Below are positions 1 through 11,547 of a stretch of 64,000 bases of DNA, one piece after another (the first letter of the stretch is position 1; every line of letters begins with the position of its first letter). The notes beneath the pieces were generated by a model, which worked only from the letters and a program-made list of their open reading frames with translations, made no database searches and was not told where the DNA came from. The position numbers and the translations under genes are program-made. The DNA is from an uncultured beta proteobacterium (lineage in GTDB: Bacteria; Pseudomonadota; Gammaproteobacteria; Burkholderiales; Burkholderiaceae). The stretch lies in NCBI GenBank assembly GCA_903918115.1, contig CAIXDG010000207.1:16111-80110 (forward strand). Direction: 5' to 3'.

Positions 1-1115
1 CTGGGAATGGTCCACTGACGTTGCTGTGCCACCCCCTGCAAACCTGCGCGGACGCGCATGATGGTGCCGTGGTGATCGCTACCCTGAATGTTAATGACCT
101 GCTGATAGCCCCGCTGCCATTTACTCGCATGGTAGGCAACATCGGGTACAAAATAGGTATAGCTGCCGTCAGATTTACGCATCACCCGATCTTTATCGTC
201 GCCATCTGTAGTTGTTTTAAGCCACAAAGCACCATCCGCTTCATAGGTTTTACCTGCACCCTCTAAGTCAGCGACAATTTGCGCTACGCTCCCATCAGCA
301 TACAAGGAAGACTCTAAGTAGTACTGATCAAATTGCACCCCGAAAATAGTTAAATCGAGATCTTGTTCTGCCCGTAAATAAGCAACCGCAAATTGCCGAA
401 TGGATTCAAGATCAGTCTCTGACGGATACTCTGGTAAAGCGCGATATGCCGTTGCAATATCGGCAATATACTCACCGTTATAAGCTAGCTCTGGCCATGC
501 ACTGTCGCCTGGCTTAAGCCCACTTAAGCGGGCCTGAACTGAAAGTGCTAAGTTGGCAATTTGTACACCTGCATCGTTGTAATAAAACTCGCGATGCACT
601 GCAAGCCCTTGTGTGCTGAGTAAATTAGCAATGGCATCTCCTAAGGCCGCCTGTCGTCCATGCCCAACATGTAATGGCCCAGTAGGATTAGCAGAAACAA
701 ATTCAATCATCACTTTTGCTGGCTTTGCATTCGCCGCTGGCGGCGCTAAATTCACTAAGCCAAAGCGCGCTTGCTCAACTAAGATCGCTTTGATGACAGC
801 TGTTTTAGCTTGATTGGTCAGCCGAAAATTAATAAAACCAGGCCCAGCAACTTCAGTGGAAGCAATGAGGTCGGCATAATTGGCTTGGGCTGTCAAATGA
901 CCAATTAATGTTTGCGCTAAATCACGCGGTTTAAGTTGCCAGAGCTTTGCTACCTGCAGGGCAATATTACAGGCCACATCACCATGATCAATCGACTTTG
1001 GCCGTTCGAGCTGGGGCACTGGTAAGTCAGTTGGCGACAAATTGTAAGCGAGTGCTGTCTGTTTTAAAGCCTCGCTTAAGAGCTGAATTAATTGGTTCTT
1101 TTGGGTTATCAACAT
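1..1115 (-). CDS. argS: Arginine--tRNA ligase (5' part; runs off the window start)
   Basis: Manual minus-strand translation from ATG 1115 ([13 protein letters not shown]...) contains [25 protein letters not shown], the HIGH-motif region of ArgRS. Not in the ORF track because the stop lies outside the window. Confidence 0.95.
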   Translation of the reverse strand, partial: MLITQKNQLIQLLSEALKQTALAYNLSPTDLPVPQLERPKSIDHGDVACNIALQVAKLWQLKPRDLAQTLIGHLTAQANYADLIASTEVAGPGFINFRLTNQAKTAVIKAILVEQARFGLVNLAPPAANAKPAKVMIEFVSANPTGPLHVGHGRQAALGDAIANLLSTQGLAVHREFYYNDAGVQIANLALSVQARLSGLKPGDSAWPELAYNGEYIADIATAYRALPEYPSETDLESIRQFAVAYLRAEQDLDLTIFGVQFDQYYLESSLYADGSVAQIVADLEGAGKTYEADGALWLKTTTDGDDKDRVMRKSDGSYTYFVPDVAYHASKWQRGYQQVINIQGSDHHGTIMRVRAGLQGVAQQRQWTIP

Positions 1116-1156
1116 AGATTAATGAGTTTATCAGGCGCTGGTGGTAAGCTCGACAG

Positions 1157-1492
1157 ATGATTTACCATTTTCATTCTAAAGCTGGTCCCGAGGTGATCAT
1201 GTTAAGTGATCTCACTGAACGAATTTTTACTATCTTGGGGAAGCCGCTAGCGCAACGCGGCATTCTTACCGCTGCCGAACTGCCGAATCTAATTTTGCTG
1301 CTTGAAGGCGCTATTATTCAAGACCAACAACAACGTCAATCGCAATCTAAACCCCAACTGGAGTCACTGGAGGCTAGCAGCGCTAGTCGAACGGCGCCAA
1401 AGGGTGACCCACTTGGAAGGCGGGCCTTTCCATTTTTGGAACTCATGAAGCAGGCGGCGACAGCAGCTGAACCGATTGTGTGGGACATCTAA
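1157..1492 (+). CDS. DUF1840-family protein
   Basis: N-terminus MIYHFHSKAGPEVIML and C-terminus LGRRAFPFLELMKQA...PIVW match the family pattern as I recall it. Divergent from argS. Confidence 0.7.
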   Translation: MIYHFHSKAGPEVIMLSDLTERIFTILGKPLAQRGILTAAELPNLILLLEGAIIQDQQQRQSQSKPQLESLEASSASRTAPKGDPLGRRAFPFLELMKQAATAAEPIVWDI

Positions 1493-1523
1493 AAAATTAC
1501 TGCTTGACTAGTTCAACGTGCCG

Positions 1524-4259
1524 CTAATCGAATTGACTTGCTAAGGAGCGTTGCACCACTTCAATCGTTTCATTGCGTCTTTTCGCCAAATCGACTAATT
1601 GGTCTTGCCCCACTTTGCCCACATTGAAATAGCGGGCATCGGGATGCCCTAAATAAAAGCCGCTGACGCTCGAAGCTGGATCCATCGCGAACGATGATGT
1701 TAAGGTCATGCCAATATCTTCTGAGCCCAGTACGCGCAATAAATCTAACTTAACTTCGTGGGCAGGACAAGCAGGGTAACCCGGTGCAGGACGAATACCT
1801 TGGTACTGCTCAGCAATCATTTGCTCATTACTTAGTTGTTCGGCCGTCGCGTAACCCCATAAATCCGTCCGTGCGCGCCAATGCATTAATTCCGCGAATG
1901 CCTCGGCTAAACGATCAGCTAGAGCCTTGAGCATAATCGCGCTGTAATCATCATGTTGCGCTTGAAATTGGGCCACTTTTTTCTCGACTCCGTGGCCTGT
2001 AGTCACCGCAAAACAACCCACATAATCAGCAATGCCGGTGGCATGAGGCGCGACGTAGTCCGCTAAGCTGCGATTCGGGCGCCGTTGACCATCGACTACG
2101 GGGCGTTCGCTCTGTTGCCGCAAGTTATGCCAAACAAATAACGGATGATTGCGCGCTTCATCAGTATATAAAACAATATCGTCGCCTACCGTGTTGGCGG
2201 GATAAAAAGCCATTACGCCATCTGCCTGCAACCATTGGCCTTTAATTAATTTTTCCAACATTGCCTGCGCATCTGCAAATACTTTGCGCGCCTCTACGCC
2301 AACAACTTCATCGTCCAATATTGCTGGAAACTTGCCTGCCAAATCCCAAGTTTGAAAAAAGGGGGTCCAGTCAATAAAGGGGGCTATTTCAGCAAGAGAG
2401 TAATTTTTAAAGAGCCGCCTACCAATAAATTTAGGTTTGTGTGGCACCCAATTTTGCCAATCAATCCGCTCCCGATTATTGCGTGCTGCCTCTAAAGAGA
2501 TTAAAGGTGTTTTGCGCTTATTCGCGTGCTGCTCACGAATGCGAACGTAGTCTTCCTGTAATTCTGTAATGAATTTTTTTGCGCCATCATCGGAAAGCAA
2601 ACTTGATGCTACCGAAACTGAGCGTGAGGCATCGGGAACATAGACTACTGGGCCATCATAATGCGGCGCAATTTTGACGGCAGTATGCACCCGTGAAGTG
2701 GTTGCGCCACCAATCATTAATGGTAGTAAACGGTCGCGAAAATAGGTATCACGTTGCATTTCTTGGGCGACGTAAGTCATCTCTTCGAGAGACGGCGTAA
2801 TCAAACCCGAAAGCCCCACAATATCGGCCTGCTCTTCTTTGGCCTTCTTTAAAATTTCGGCGCAAGGCACCATCACACCCATATTGATCACATCAAAGTT
2901 ATTGCATTGCAGAACTACAGTAACAATATTTTTACCAATGTCGTGCACATCGCCTTTGACTGTCGCCATGACAATTTTGCCTTTGGCCTTGGCCTCTCCC
3001 CCGCCGGCAATGTGTAAGCGTTTTTCTTCTTCGATATAGGGAATTAAAACAGCTACTGCCTGCTTCATAACGCGCGCGCTTTTAACTACTTGCGGTAAAA
3101 ACATTTTTCCTGCGCCAAATAAATCACCAACCACATTCATGCCATCCATTAGAGGGCCTTCAATGACCTCGATGGGTCTACCGCCAGAACCCATAATTTC
3201 AGCGCGCAGCGTTTCGGTATCTTCGACAATAAATGTGGTGATGCCGTGTACTAAGGCATGCGTTAAACGTTCGCGTACTGGCGCCTCTCGCCAGACTAAA
3301 TTCTCTACTTGCTTACTGGCATCGCCTTTAAATGTTGCAGCAATCGCTAACAAACGTTCAGTAGGGGTTTGGCCGTCTTTTTCTTTAAAGCGGTTAAGTA
3401 CTACATCTTCAACGCGTTCGAGCAATTCGGGATCAAGATCGGCATAAACACCGAGTTGCCCGGCATTGACAATCGCCATGTCCATACCCGCTTGAATAGC
3501 ATGATAGAGAAATACGGTATGAATGGCTTCGCGTACACGATCATTGCCGCGGAAAGAAAAACTGACATTAGAAACCCCGCCGCTGACTTTTGCGCCAGGT
3601 AAATTGGCTTTTATCCAGCGAGTAGCATTAATAAAATCCACGGCATAATTGTCATGCTCTTCGATGCCAGTGGCGATCGCAAAAATATTGGGATCAAAAA
3701 TAATATCTTCCGCAGGAAAACCCATTTCACCGACCAACAAATCGTAGCAACGTTGGCAAATTTCTGTTTTACGCTTAAAAGTATCTGCCTGCCCTTGTTC
3801 ATCAAAAGCCATCACCACAGTAGCAGCGCCATAACGCTTAACTAAACGGGCTTGCTTACGAAATGCGTCTTCGCCTTCCTTAAGCGAAATTGAATTAACG
3901 ATGGACTTACCTTGTACGCACTTGAGGCCCGCTTCAATGACCGTCCATTTTGACGAATCGAGCATGATCGGTACTCTAGCAATATCCGGTTCTGAGGCAA
4001 TTAAATTCAAAAAGCGTGTCATTGCCGCCTCCGAATCCAACATCGCCTCATCCATATTGATATCAATTATCTGCGCACCATTTTCAACTTGTTGACGGGC
4101 GACTGCCAAGGCGTCATCAAATTGATTATTCAAAATCATGCGCGCGAAGGCTTTTGAACCAGTGACATTGGTGCGCTCACCGATATTTACGAAACCTACT
4201 GCGGGGGTGATATTGCAGGGCTCTAGGCCAGCCAGCCGCATCGCCTTAAGGTCGCTCAT
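1524..4259 (-). CDS. metH: Cobalamin-dependent methionine synthase: pterin-binding, B12-binding and reactivation domains
   Basis: [11 protein letters not shown]12 motif [11 protein letters not shown]...[10 protein letters not shown]-terminal [10 protein letters not shown]. Confidence 0.97.
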   Translation of the reverse strand: MSDLKAMRLAGLEPCNITPAVGFVNIGERTNVTGSKAFARMILNNQFDDALAVARQQVENGAQIIDINMDEAMLDSEAAMTRFLNLIASEPDIARVPIMLDSSKWTVIEAGLKCVQGKSIVNSISLKEGEDAFRKQARLVKRYGAATVVMAFDEQGQADTFKRKTEICQRCYDLLVGEMGFPAEDIIFDPNIFAIATGIEEHDNYAVDFINATRWIKANLPGAKVSGGVSNVSFSFRGNDRVREAIHTVFLYHAIQAGMDMAIVNAGQLGVYADLDPELLERVEDVVLNRFKEKDGQTPTERLLAIAATFKGDASKQVENLVWREAPVRERLTHALVHGITTFIVEDTETLRAEIMGSGGRPIEVIEGPLMDGMNVVGDLFGAGKMFLPQVVKSARVMKQAVAVLIPYIEEEKRLHIAGGGEAKAKGKIVMATVKGDVHDIGKNIVTVVLQCNNFDVINMGVMVPCAEILKKAKEEQADIVGLSGLITPSLEEMTYVAQEMQRDTYFRDRLLPLMIGGATTSRVHTAVKIAPHYDGPVVYVPDASRSVSVASSLLSDDGAKKFITELQEDYVRIREQHANKRKTPLISLEAARNNRERIDWQNWVPHKPKFIGRRLFKNYSLAEIAPFIDWTPFFQTWDLAGKFPAILDDEVVGVEARKVFADAQAMLEKLIKGQWLQADGVMAFYPANTVGDDIVLYTDEARNHPLFVWHNLRQQSERPVVDGQRRPNRSLADYVAPHATGIADYVGCFAVTTGHGVEKKVAQFQAQHDDYSAIMLKALADRLAEAFAELMHWRARTDLWGYATAEQLSNEQMIAEQYQGIRPAPGYPACPAHEVKLDLLRVLGSEDIGMTLTSSFAMDPASSVSGFYLGHPDARYFNVGKVGQDQLVDLAKRRNETIEVVQRSLASQFD

Positions 4260-5359
4260 GCCAACGCCTCAGCAGCATTTTCACGGTAAAAGGCTCTCGG
4301 TTTTCGCCGCGCTACTGCTGTCGCAATTGCCCGAATATGCTCTGGTGTTGTGCCACAACACCCGCCGACCAAATTGACCAAACCATCGACTGCAAACCCA
4401 TCAATTAATGCAGATGTAATTTCGGGGGTTTCATCAAAACCTGTGTCACTCATCGGATTAGGTAAGCCGGCATTCGGATAGCAGGAGATCGCCGTATCGC
4501 AAACCCGCGCTAACTCAGCAATATAGGGGCGCATTAAAGCTGCCCCTAAAGCACAATTAAGGCCGAAAGTAAGGGGCTTTATGTGGCGCAAACTATTCCA
4601 AAATGCCTCGACAGTCTGGCCCGATAAAATACGCCCCGAGGCATCGGTGACGGTGCCTGAAATCATGACTGGCAAAAGCTCGCCGGTCTCTTCAAAAAAT
4701 TCATCAAGGGCAAATAATGCCGCCTTCGCATTTAAAGTATCAAAAATAGTTTCGACTAAAAATAAATCGACACCGCCAGCGAACAAACCTTCAATTTGTT
4801 CGCGATAGGCTTTACGTAAAATATCAAAGGTCACATTACGCGCACCTGGGTCATTCACTTCGGGAGAAATACTTGCTGTTTTGGGGGTTGGCCCAATTGC
4901 GCCCGCCGCAAAGCGCGGCTTGTCTGCTGTGCTATAGGCTAAACAAGCCTCGTGGGCAATGCGTGCCGCTTGCTCATTCATTTCGCGGGCTAACTCGGGC
5001 ATGCGGTAATCGTCTTGTGCCACCGACGTAGCTCCAAAGGTATTCGTTTCAATAATATCGGCACCAGCCGCTAAATATTGATCATGAATGTCCCGAATAA
5101 TTTGGGGCTGCGTTAATACGAGTAACTCGTTATTTCCCTTGACATCACTAGCATGCTGCGCAAAGCGCTCGCTCGCTGGCAAACCGCGGTAGTCGGCTTC
5201 AGAAAGCTTGCGCTGCTGAATCATCGTACCCATCGCGCCATCTAAAATTAAAATTCGCTCTTGCAGAAGCTGGGGCAGCAGAGCGCCACGCGTATACCCT
5301 GCCGAACCTAACAAGGTGGGTACTTTTACAGCGGGCACTGCCGAACCATTTGATTGCAT
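4256..5359 (-). CDS. metH: Methionine synthase homocysteine-binding (S-methyltransferase) module encoded as a separate gene
   Basis: [17 protein letters not shown] and [11 protein letters not shown] Zn-ligand motifs. 4-nt ATGA overlap with the downstream metH half. Confidence 0.93.
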   Translation of the reverse strand: MQSNGSAVPAVKVPTLLGSAGYTRGALLPQLLQERILILDGAMGTMIQQRKLSEADYRGLPASERFAQHASDVKGNNELLVLTQPQIIRDIHDQYLAAGADIIETNTFGATSVAQDDYRMPELAREMNEQAARIAHEACLAYSTADKPRFAAGAIGPTPKTASISPEVNDPGARNVTFDILRKAYREQIEGLFAGGVDLFLVETIFDTLNAKAALFALDEFFEETGELLPVMISGTVTDASGRILSGQTVEAFWNSLRHIKPLTFGLNCALGAALMRPYIAELARVCDTAISCYPNAGLPNPMSDTGFDETPEITSALIDGFAVDGLVNLVGGCCGTTPEHIRAIATAVARRKPRAFYRENAAEALA

Positions 5360-5436
5360 TGTGGCGTTAAGAGGATTAATCTTTAGAATCCCGTATTTTA
5401 TCGGTATTACTTATCTTTAGCCAAAATGGAGAATTT

Positions 5437-5874
5437 ATGTTTGGAACCATCCCAGAATTTAATCAAAGCTTAGAGATGTTGAAAAATATGTGGGGACAAG
5501 GTGTGGCCGGACAAAATGCGGGGCAATTTCCTTTTACCGCTGATATGAATAAGGCCGCCAGCGGATTTAATGGGGCTTTTGCGGGCCTTGATATTGCTGA
5601 AATTGAAAAACGAATTAAAGATCTTAAAAGCGTAGAAAACTGGTTAAATCTCAATTTAAACGTCTTAAAATCTACCATTCAAGGCCTTGAAGTTCAGCAA
5701 GCGACCCTCTTAGCACTGCGCTCTTTTGGCGAGGCGATGGGCTCGGCACAGGAAGCTGCCATGGACAATGTGAATAAAGCAACAACTGCAGCCGCAGCTG
5801 CTGCCGCATCCGCAGGGAATGCAGCGACTAGCGGACGGAAAACTGCCAAACCCCGGCGGAAGCCTTCCGCGTAA
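5437..5874 (+). CDS. phaM: PhaM-family PHA-granule/nucleoid-associated protein
   Basis: EIEKRIKDLKSVENWLNLNLNVLKSTIQGLEVQ core plus an Ala/Lys-rich tail. GGAG Shine-Dalgarno upstream. Confidence 0.75.
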   Translation: MFGTIPEFNQSLEMLKNMWGQGVAGQNAGQFPFTADMNKAASGFNGAFAGLDIAEIEKRIKDLKSVENWLNLNLNVLKSTIQGLEVQQATLLALRSFGEAMGSAQEAAMDNVNKATTAAAAAAASAGNAATSGRKTAKPRRKPSA

Positions 5875-6889
5875 GCTTTCCCAGGCGCCAAAGATGATTC
5901 AAGTGGGCAATTGCTTCGCCCATGGCAAAAGTCATTTGATGGGTATCTAAAGATCGTTTAAATAAAATCGGCACTAGATCTCGCGCTGTAATTGGCTCGT
6001 AACATGCGTTTATGGTATCAGCCAAGCGATCAACGTGGTGGTCCTGTAATTGCTGAACGCGAAGATGTAAGCCAGTGAACGGCTTGCCATGCGAGGGCAA
6101 AACTAAGGTGTCTGCTGGCAATTGAGCAAATAAAGCCAAGGAACGTAAAAATAATCCCAAGGGGTCTGCATCGGGATCAGCATCATAGACGCTGATGTTA
6201 GTAGAGATGCGCGGTAAAACCATATCACCTGAGATAAAGACGCCTAATTTTGCGCAATACAGGGTGGCATGTTCTGGGGCGTGCCCATACCCCATTTGTA
6301 CCCGCCAAAGTTGGCCGCCAATGGTGATGACATCGCCTTCCATCAAGCGCCGATAGCGTGGTGGCATGCCTGGCACCATCCTGCTGTAATAGTCTGAGCG
6401 GCCCCGAATTAATGCCAAGTCTTCTGCGGAATTTAAGCCATGTCGCTCAAGGTGGTCTGCCGATCCGCCGCTGCCCATTTTGGCGCCAATTGCTGCGCCC
6501 CCCTCTTTATTACTTAACCACTGAGCGGTTAAGTAATCTGCCATGGACATCCATAAGGGCGCTTGCCACCGCTCGCACAGCCATTTTGCTAGCCCCACAT
6601 GATCAGGATGCATATGGGTCACAATGACTCGTAAGACAGGCAAACCTGACAATTGAGTAGCAAAAATGGTTTCCCAGGCAGCCTCTGTCTCGGGATTGCT
6701 GATGCCACAATCAATGATGGTCCAGCCCTCTACCCCCTCGATTGAATCTCGCAAAAGCCATAAATTAATATGGTCCAGGGCAAATGGCAGACCCATTCTC
6801 AACCAACGCACGCCCGGAGCTACTTCTAGCGTTTCACCTAAAGGTGGCAGAGCATCTCCTAGGGGGTAATGAATTTGAGAAGTAGTCAA
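5828..6889 (-). CDS. MBL-fold metallo-hydrolase
   Basis: THMHPDHVG motif, GHAPEH, PSHG. TTG at 6889 preferred over ATG 6928 to avoid overlapping aceK; start uncertain. Confidence 0.85.
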   Translation of the reverse strand: MTTSQIHYPLGDALPPLGETLEVAPGVRWLRMGLPFALDHINLWLLRDSIEGVEGWTIIDCGISNPETEAAWETIFATQLSGLPVLRVIVTHMHPDHVGLAKWLCERWQAPLWMSMADYLTAQWLSNKEGGAAIGAKMGSGGSADHLERHGLNSAEDLALIRGRSDYYSRMVPGMPPRYRRLMEGDVITIGGQLWRVQMGYGHAPEHATLYCAKLGVFISGDMVLPRISTNISVYDADPDADPLGLFLRSLALFAQLPADTLVLPSHGKPFTGLHLRVQQLQDHHVDRLADTINACYEPITARDLVPILFKRSLDTHQMTFAMGEAIAHLNHLWRLGKLTRKASAGVWQFSVR

Positions 6890-6919
6890 GTTTGGCGCGC
6901 TTCGATTAAGCTTAATGGC

Positions 6920-8707
6920 ATGAGCCATTTTCCCAAATTATTGTCATCGCAGGTTGCTTTCGATATGGCGCAATCGCTTTTGGCCGGATTTCAACGCCAT
7001 TACAGCATTTTCCGCGAGGCTGGAACTGCTGCGAAAGCCTGTTTTGAAGCACAAGATTGGTTTGGGGTAAGTCAATTACAGCGAAATCGTATTGATTATT
7101 ACGACCAACGCGTACAAGAAACAGTAGAAGTTTTAGAAGATGAGTTTGACGCACAAAATTGTTCCGATGAAGTATGGCAGCAAGTGAAATTACATTACAT
7201 TGGTTTAGTTTCTAATTTACATCAACCCGAATTAGCGGAAACATTTTTTAATTCTGTATGTACACGTATCTTACGCCGCGAATATTTTAATAATGATTTT
7301 ATTTTTGTACGTCCTACCATTTCGACTGAATACTTAGAAAACGATGAGGTTCCTAACAAGCCAACCTACCGTACTTATTATCCAGAAAATCGTGCTGGTC
7401 TGCAGCAAGTTCTTAAAGATTTAATACTTAGTTTTCAATTTAAAACGCCTTTTGAAAACTTAGCACGGGATATTGAATTATTAAATCAATGCGTCAATGC
7501 TGAATTACAAGGCGCTACGACCCAAGCCGATTTTCAAATTCACGTCTTAACTGGACTATTTTTTCGCAATAAAACTGCCTTTATTATGGGTCGCATTATT
7601 GATGGCGAAAAAGTTTTTCCCTTAGCAATCGCCCTCATGCATAACGCGGCAGGTGAACTATATATTGATGGCGCCTTGTTATCTGAAGTCGATTTGCGAC
7701 TTATATTTAGCTTTACCCACAGTTATTTTTTAGTCGACATGGAAGTGCCTTCGGCCTACGTAACTTTTTTACGTAATTTGTTACCCCACAAACCCCGCGC
7801 CGAACTTTACAACATGCTCGGACTACAAAAGCATGGTAAAAATTTGTTTTACCGCGACTTCCAACATCATTTACAACACTCAAGCGATTTATTTCGGATT
7901 GCACCCGGCATTAAAGGTTTGGTGATGCTGGTATTTGATTTGCCTAGCTACCCGTATGTTTTTAAGATGATTAAAGATTACTTTCCGCCGCCCAAAGAAA
8001 CCACCCGCGAACTCATTATGGCGAAATATCAATTAGTTAAACAGCATGATCGAGTTGGTCGCATGGCAGATTCACTAGAATTTTCTGATGTGGTTTTTCC
8101 GCTTGCGCGTTTTACGCCAGAATTAGTTGCTGAAATTCAAGCGCAGTGCGCTTCCTTGCTCCAAATTAGAAAGGGGCTTGATGGCCTAGATGAATTAGTA
8201 ATTAAGCATGTTTATATTGAGCGGCGGATGACGCCTTTAAACCTCTGGCTTCAAGAAGGTAGCGATGCAGAAATAGAGCATGGCGTTCTGCAGTATGGCA
8301 ATGCCATTAAAGAATTAATTGCCGCTAACATTTTTCCCGGTGATTTACTTTATAAAAATTTTGGGGTTACGCGCTATGGCCGGGTTGCTTTTTATGACTA
8401 CGATGAAATTGAATATTTAACTGCCTGTGAAATTCGTCATGTTCCAAAAGCCCGTAGTGAGGAAGAGGAGTTGTCGGGTGAGCCTTGGTATCCAATTGGC
8501 TCAAAAGATATTTTTCCAGAAACCTTTCGGGTTTTTTTACTGGGCGATCAACGGGTCAAACAATTTTTTCTTAAACATCACCCTGATTTTTTTGATCCTG
8601 AAATGTGGCGCGCCCATCAAACGCATTTAAGGGCAGGCGCATATCCGCATTTTATTGAATATGATGCTGATAAACGTTTTATAAATCGGTTCAAATCCTC
8701 CCCATGA
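6920..8707 (+). CDS. aceK: Isocitrate dehydrogenase kinase/phosphatase
   Basis: [46 protein letters not shown] and FYDYDEI motifs. Start moved to ATG 6920 (MSHFPK). Confidence 0.95.
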   Translation: MSHFPKLLSSQVAFDMAQSLLAGFQRHYSIFREAGTAAKACFEAQDWFGVSQLQRNRIDYYDQRVQETVEVLEDEFDAQNCSDEVWQQVKLHYIGLVSNLHQPELAETFFNSVCTRILRREYFNNDFIFVRPTISTEYLENDEVPNKPTYRTYYPENRAGLQQVLKDLILSFQFKTPFENLARDIELLNQCVNAELQGATTQADFQIHVLTGLFFRNKTAFIMGRIIDGEKVFPLAIALMHNAAGELYIDGALLSEVDLRLIFSFTHSYFLVDMEVPSAYVTFLRNLLPHKPRAELYNMLGLQKHGKNLFYRDFQHHLQHSSDLFRIAPGIKGLVMLVFDLPSYPYVFKMIKDYFPPPKETTRELIMAKYQLVKQHDRVGRMADSLEFSDVVFPLARFTPELVAEIQAQCASLLQIRKGLDGLDELVIKHVYIERRMTPLNLWLQEGSDAEIEHGVLQYGNAIKELIAANIFPGDLLYKNFGVTRYGRVAFYDYDEIEYLTACEIRHVPKARSEEEELSGEPWYPIGSKDIFPETFRVFLLGDQRVKQFFLKHHPDFFDPEMWRAHQTHLRAGAYPHFIEYDADKRFINRFKSSP

Positions 8708-8898
8708 AAATGCACCGCGCCACACCCATTGCCTCGCCCTGTATTAATTGGTGTGAAATGAATCCTGCTAATGGCTTTTGTCGCGGCTGCTTTCGTACGC
8801 TGGAAGAAATTGCCGCATGGTCGAGCGCCAATGAAACCGAAAGACAACGCATTTGCCTACGCTTACCTGAGCGCAAAGCTAAGGCTGTTGCCAATTAA
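8704..8898 (+). CDS. DUF1289-family small Cys-rich protein
   Basis: SPCINWC...[15 protein letters not shown] pattern. ATGA overlap with the aceK stop. Confidence 0.8.
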   Translation: MKMHRATPIASPCINWCEMNPANGFCRGCFRTLEEIAAWSSANETERQRICLRLPERKAKAVAN

Positions 8899-8934
8899 AA
8901 CTGGCGTCACCAAAGCACCAGTACAGACTTTTTC

Positions 8935-9918
8935 TTAGCGATTCACATCCACAATTAAGCGGCCACGAATTTTTCCGGCAATTAAATCGGCGGCTAGCGG
9001 AATAGCTTCGGCCAAGCTAATTTCGTGGGCAATAGTATCGACGATGGTGAAATCGCAAAGCTGGCTTAATTGTTCCCAAGCCAAAATTCGTTTTGCTTTT
9101 TCAACCGTCACGCTATTGATGCCATATAAAGTAATGCCGCGCAAAATAAATGGGGCTACCGTGGTTGGAAAATCCATGCCTTGCGCTAAACCACAAGCTG
9201 CAACTGCACCATTACTTTTAACTGCCGCACACGCATTGGCTAAGGTATGACTGCCTACGCTATCGATGACTGCGGCCCAACGCTCTTTCGCCAGGGGCTT
9301 CCCTGGCTCTGACAAACTGGCCCGCTCAATGACCTCAGTTGCGCCCAAGCGTTTTAAATACGCGCTTTCTTCTGATCGACCACTACTAGCAACTACCGTA
9401 AAACCCAGTTTATTCATGAGCATCGTCGCAAAACTGCCTACCCCCCCTGCTGCCCCAGTGACTAAAACTTCGCCAGCGCTGGGCTTTAAGCCATGTTGTT
9501 GCAAGGCCATGACACACAACATAGCGGTATAGCCAGCCGTCCCAATTGCAAGGGTTTGTTTTGGGGTGATGCCTTTGGGTAGGGGTAAGAGCCATTCGGC
9601 CTTAACCCGCGCCTTTTGCGCTAAACCGCCCCAATGCCCCTCTCCTACACCCCAGCCATTTAAGATTACCTGATCTCCGGGTTGATATTCTGGGCTACTA
9701 CTTTCTAGCACCTCGCCAGCAAAATCGATTCCTGGAACCATGGGAAATGCCCTGACAATAGGCCCTTTACCGGTAATAGCGAGGCCATCTTTATAATTTA
9801 AGGTGGAATAGAGTACTTTGACCAACACTTCACCGGCCGGCAAAGTTGTTTCGTCTAGTTCAGCTAGGTCGGCACGATAGCCTTTTTCGTCTTTATTAAT
9901 CAATATCGCTTTAAACAT
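8935..9918 (-). CDS. acuI: MDR-family oxidoreductase, YhdH/AcuI (acrylyl-CoA reductase-like)
   Basis: STLNYKDGLA, IGTAGYTAMLC, VTGAAGGVGS and PFILRG motifs. Confidence 0.85.
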   Translation of the reverse strand: MFKAILINKDEKGYRADLAELDETTLPAGEVLVKVLYSTLNYKDGLAITGKGPIVRAFPMVPGIDFAGEVLESSSPEYQPGDQVILNGWGVGEGHWGGLAQKARVKAEWLLPLPKGITPKQTLAIGTAGYTAMLCVMALQQHGLKPSAGEVLVTGAAGGVGSFATMLMNKLGFTVVASSGRSEESAYLKRLGATEVIERASLSEPGKPLAKERWAAVIDSVGSHTLANACAAVKSNGAVAACGLAQGMDFPTTVAPFILRGITLYGINSVTVEKAKRILAWEQLSQLCDFTIVDTIAHEISLAEAIPLAADLIAGKIRGRLIVDVNR

Positions 9919-9990
9919 TAAAATTCCTTAAATTTCACAACTTTACTTAAACGGTTTATTCTACGTGCACGATTGAATATGAGGTTTGCC

Positions 9991-10308
9991 ATGAAAAAAA
10001 TTCTACTCTTCACTGCCGCTTTTAGCAGCATCTTGCTAAGCGCTTGTTTTTCAACCGAATTAAGCATGTCTATGGGTAATATGCGGCTCATTAATTCTAG
10101 CGCCGACCCGCAAGAAGTGATGAATTTTGCCACCAAAGTCTGTAAAAACGATTTTTATTTAGGGGCTAGTTTTCTCTCTAAAAACAGTAAAGAGTATCGA
10201 TTTAAATGCGTAAAAGCTGAAGATAATGAAGTGTTAACCCCCATCCCCGGCACCGTTATTCCTTCTGGCGAGCCGATGATGAGCCCAGCCGCTGTTAATA
10301 AATCATAA
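9991..10308 (+). CDS. Hypothetical lipoprotein
   Basis: MKK, hydrophobic stretch and LSAC lipobox. GAGG upstream of ATG 9991. Confidence 0.7.
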   Translation: MKKILLFTAAFSSILLSACFSTELSMSMGNMRLINSSADPQEVMNFATKVCKNDFYLGASFLSKNSKEYRFKCVKAEDNEVLTPIPGTVIPSGEPMMSPAAVNKS

Positions 10309-10331
10309 CGAGTCTAACCTAGCAATAACGC

Positions 10332-10841
10332 ATGTCCAGTTCTTTAATGAGTAGCCCCCCTGCAACCGAGGAGATACGGCAGGGCTTCGCTGCCTTTCCC
10401 ACTGGCGTGACGGTAATTACTGGGCTTGATGCTACGCTCGCACCAATCGGCATCACGATTAGCTCCTTCAATACGGTTTCACTCAACCCCCCCTTAATTT
10501 TATGGTCGATTGCGCAGCAATCTCCCTTAGCAGCTGCTTTTGCCAAGGGGGCTAAACACATTATTCATGTGTTGAATCATGCACAAGAAGATCTAGCCAT
10601 TACCTTTGCAAAGCGCAGTACTAATCAATTTACTCACGTAAATCATCAACTCAATCGCAGCGGCATCCCCTTCATACAAGATTGTGCAGCCCATTTTGAA
10701 TGCGAAACCGTGGCTGTATACCCGGGTGGCGATCATCTCATTATTCTGGCTGAAATTCATGATCTTGCGCACGACCTAACCAAGGCTCCACTGCTGTTTC
10801 ATCGCAGCCAACTATCGGGCCTCAAAAGCACTAACAAGTAG
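10332..10841 (+). CDS. Flavin reductase family protein
   Basis: FPTGVTVIT, SFNTVSLNPPLILWS and GGDH motifs. Confidence 0.9.
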   Translation: MSSSLMSSPPATEEIRQGFAAFPTGVTVITGLDATLAPIGITISSFNTVSLNPPLILWSIAQQSPLAAAFAKGAKHIIHVLNHAQEDLAITFAKRSTNQFTHVNHQLNRSGIPFIQDCAAHFECETVAVYPGGDHLIILAEIHDLAHDLTKAPLLFHRSQLSGLKSTNK

Positions 10842-10876
10842 TAAAAGATTTTATTAATAAAAAGGATTGATATTTC

Positions 10877-11545
10877 ATGATGCGACTCTGGGGCAGGAAA
10901 AGCTCAATCAATGTGCAAAAAGTATTGTGGTGTTTAACCGAACTTCAGCGCCAAGAGCAGCGTGACTTTGAGCGTATTGATGCAGGCTTACATTTTGGCA
11001 TTAATACCACCCCCGACTATCTCAAGCTAAATCCCAATGGTTTGGTGCCAACCTTACAAGATGGCCAACTAACGCTGTGGGAATCGAATTCAATTTTGCG
11101 CTACTTAGCTCGTACTTATGATGCTGCTGGAACTTTTTTCCCCAGCGACAATCTTAGTCAAGCTAACTCGGATAAATGGTTGGATTGGCAAATTTCGACC
11201 CTCTGGCCTGCTTTACGCCTACCGTTTCTGGGGTTGACGCGCGTGCCAGAAGCGGAACGAAACTATGCCGCCATTAGCAAAGGCTTTACTGATACCCATC
11301 AATTTCTTGGCATCCTTAACACTTGCTTACAACAACACGCCTTTTGCTCGGGTGAGCGCTTTAATTTAGGCGATATTCCTTTGGCTTTGTGCGTTAATCG
11401 CTGGATTTTATTGGCAGAAACTTTTCCAGAACAATTATCGGCACGCCCACATTATGAGCACTTAGAAAAATGGTTTAAGCGTATTCAAACCGAAACTCAA
11501 TTTGCCACCATTGCTGAAACGCAATTAGTGGCAAGTAAGCCGTAA
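10877..11545 (+). CDS. Glutathione S-transferase family protein
   Basis: SINVQKVLW, LNPNGLVPTL and LWESNSILRYL motifs. Confidence 0.92.
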   Translation: MMRLWGRKSSINVQKVLWCLTELQRQEQRDFERIDAGLHFGINTTPDYLKLNPNGLVPTLQDGQLTLWESNSILRYLARTYDAAGTFFPSDNLSQANSDKWLDWQISTLWPALRLPFLGLTRVPEAERNYAAISKGFTDTHQFLGILNTCLQQHAFCSGERFNLGDIPLALCVNRWILLAETFPEQLSARPHYEHLEKWFKRIQTETQFATIAETQLVASKP

Positions 11546-11547
11546 AT

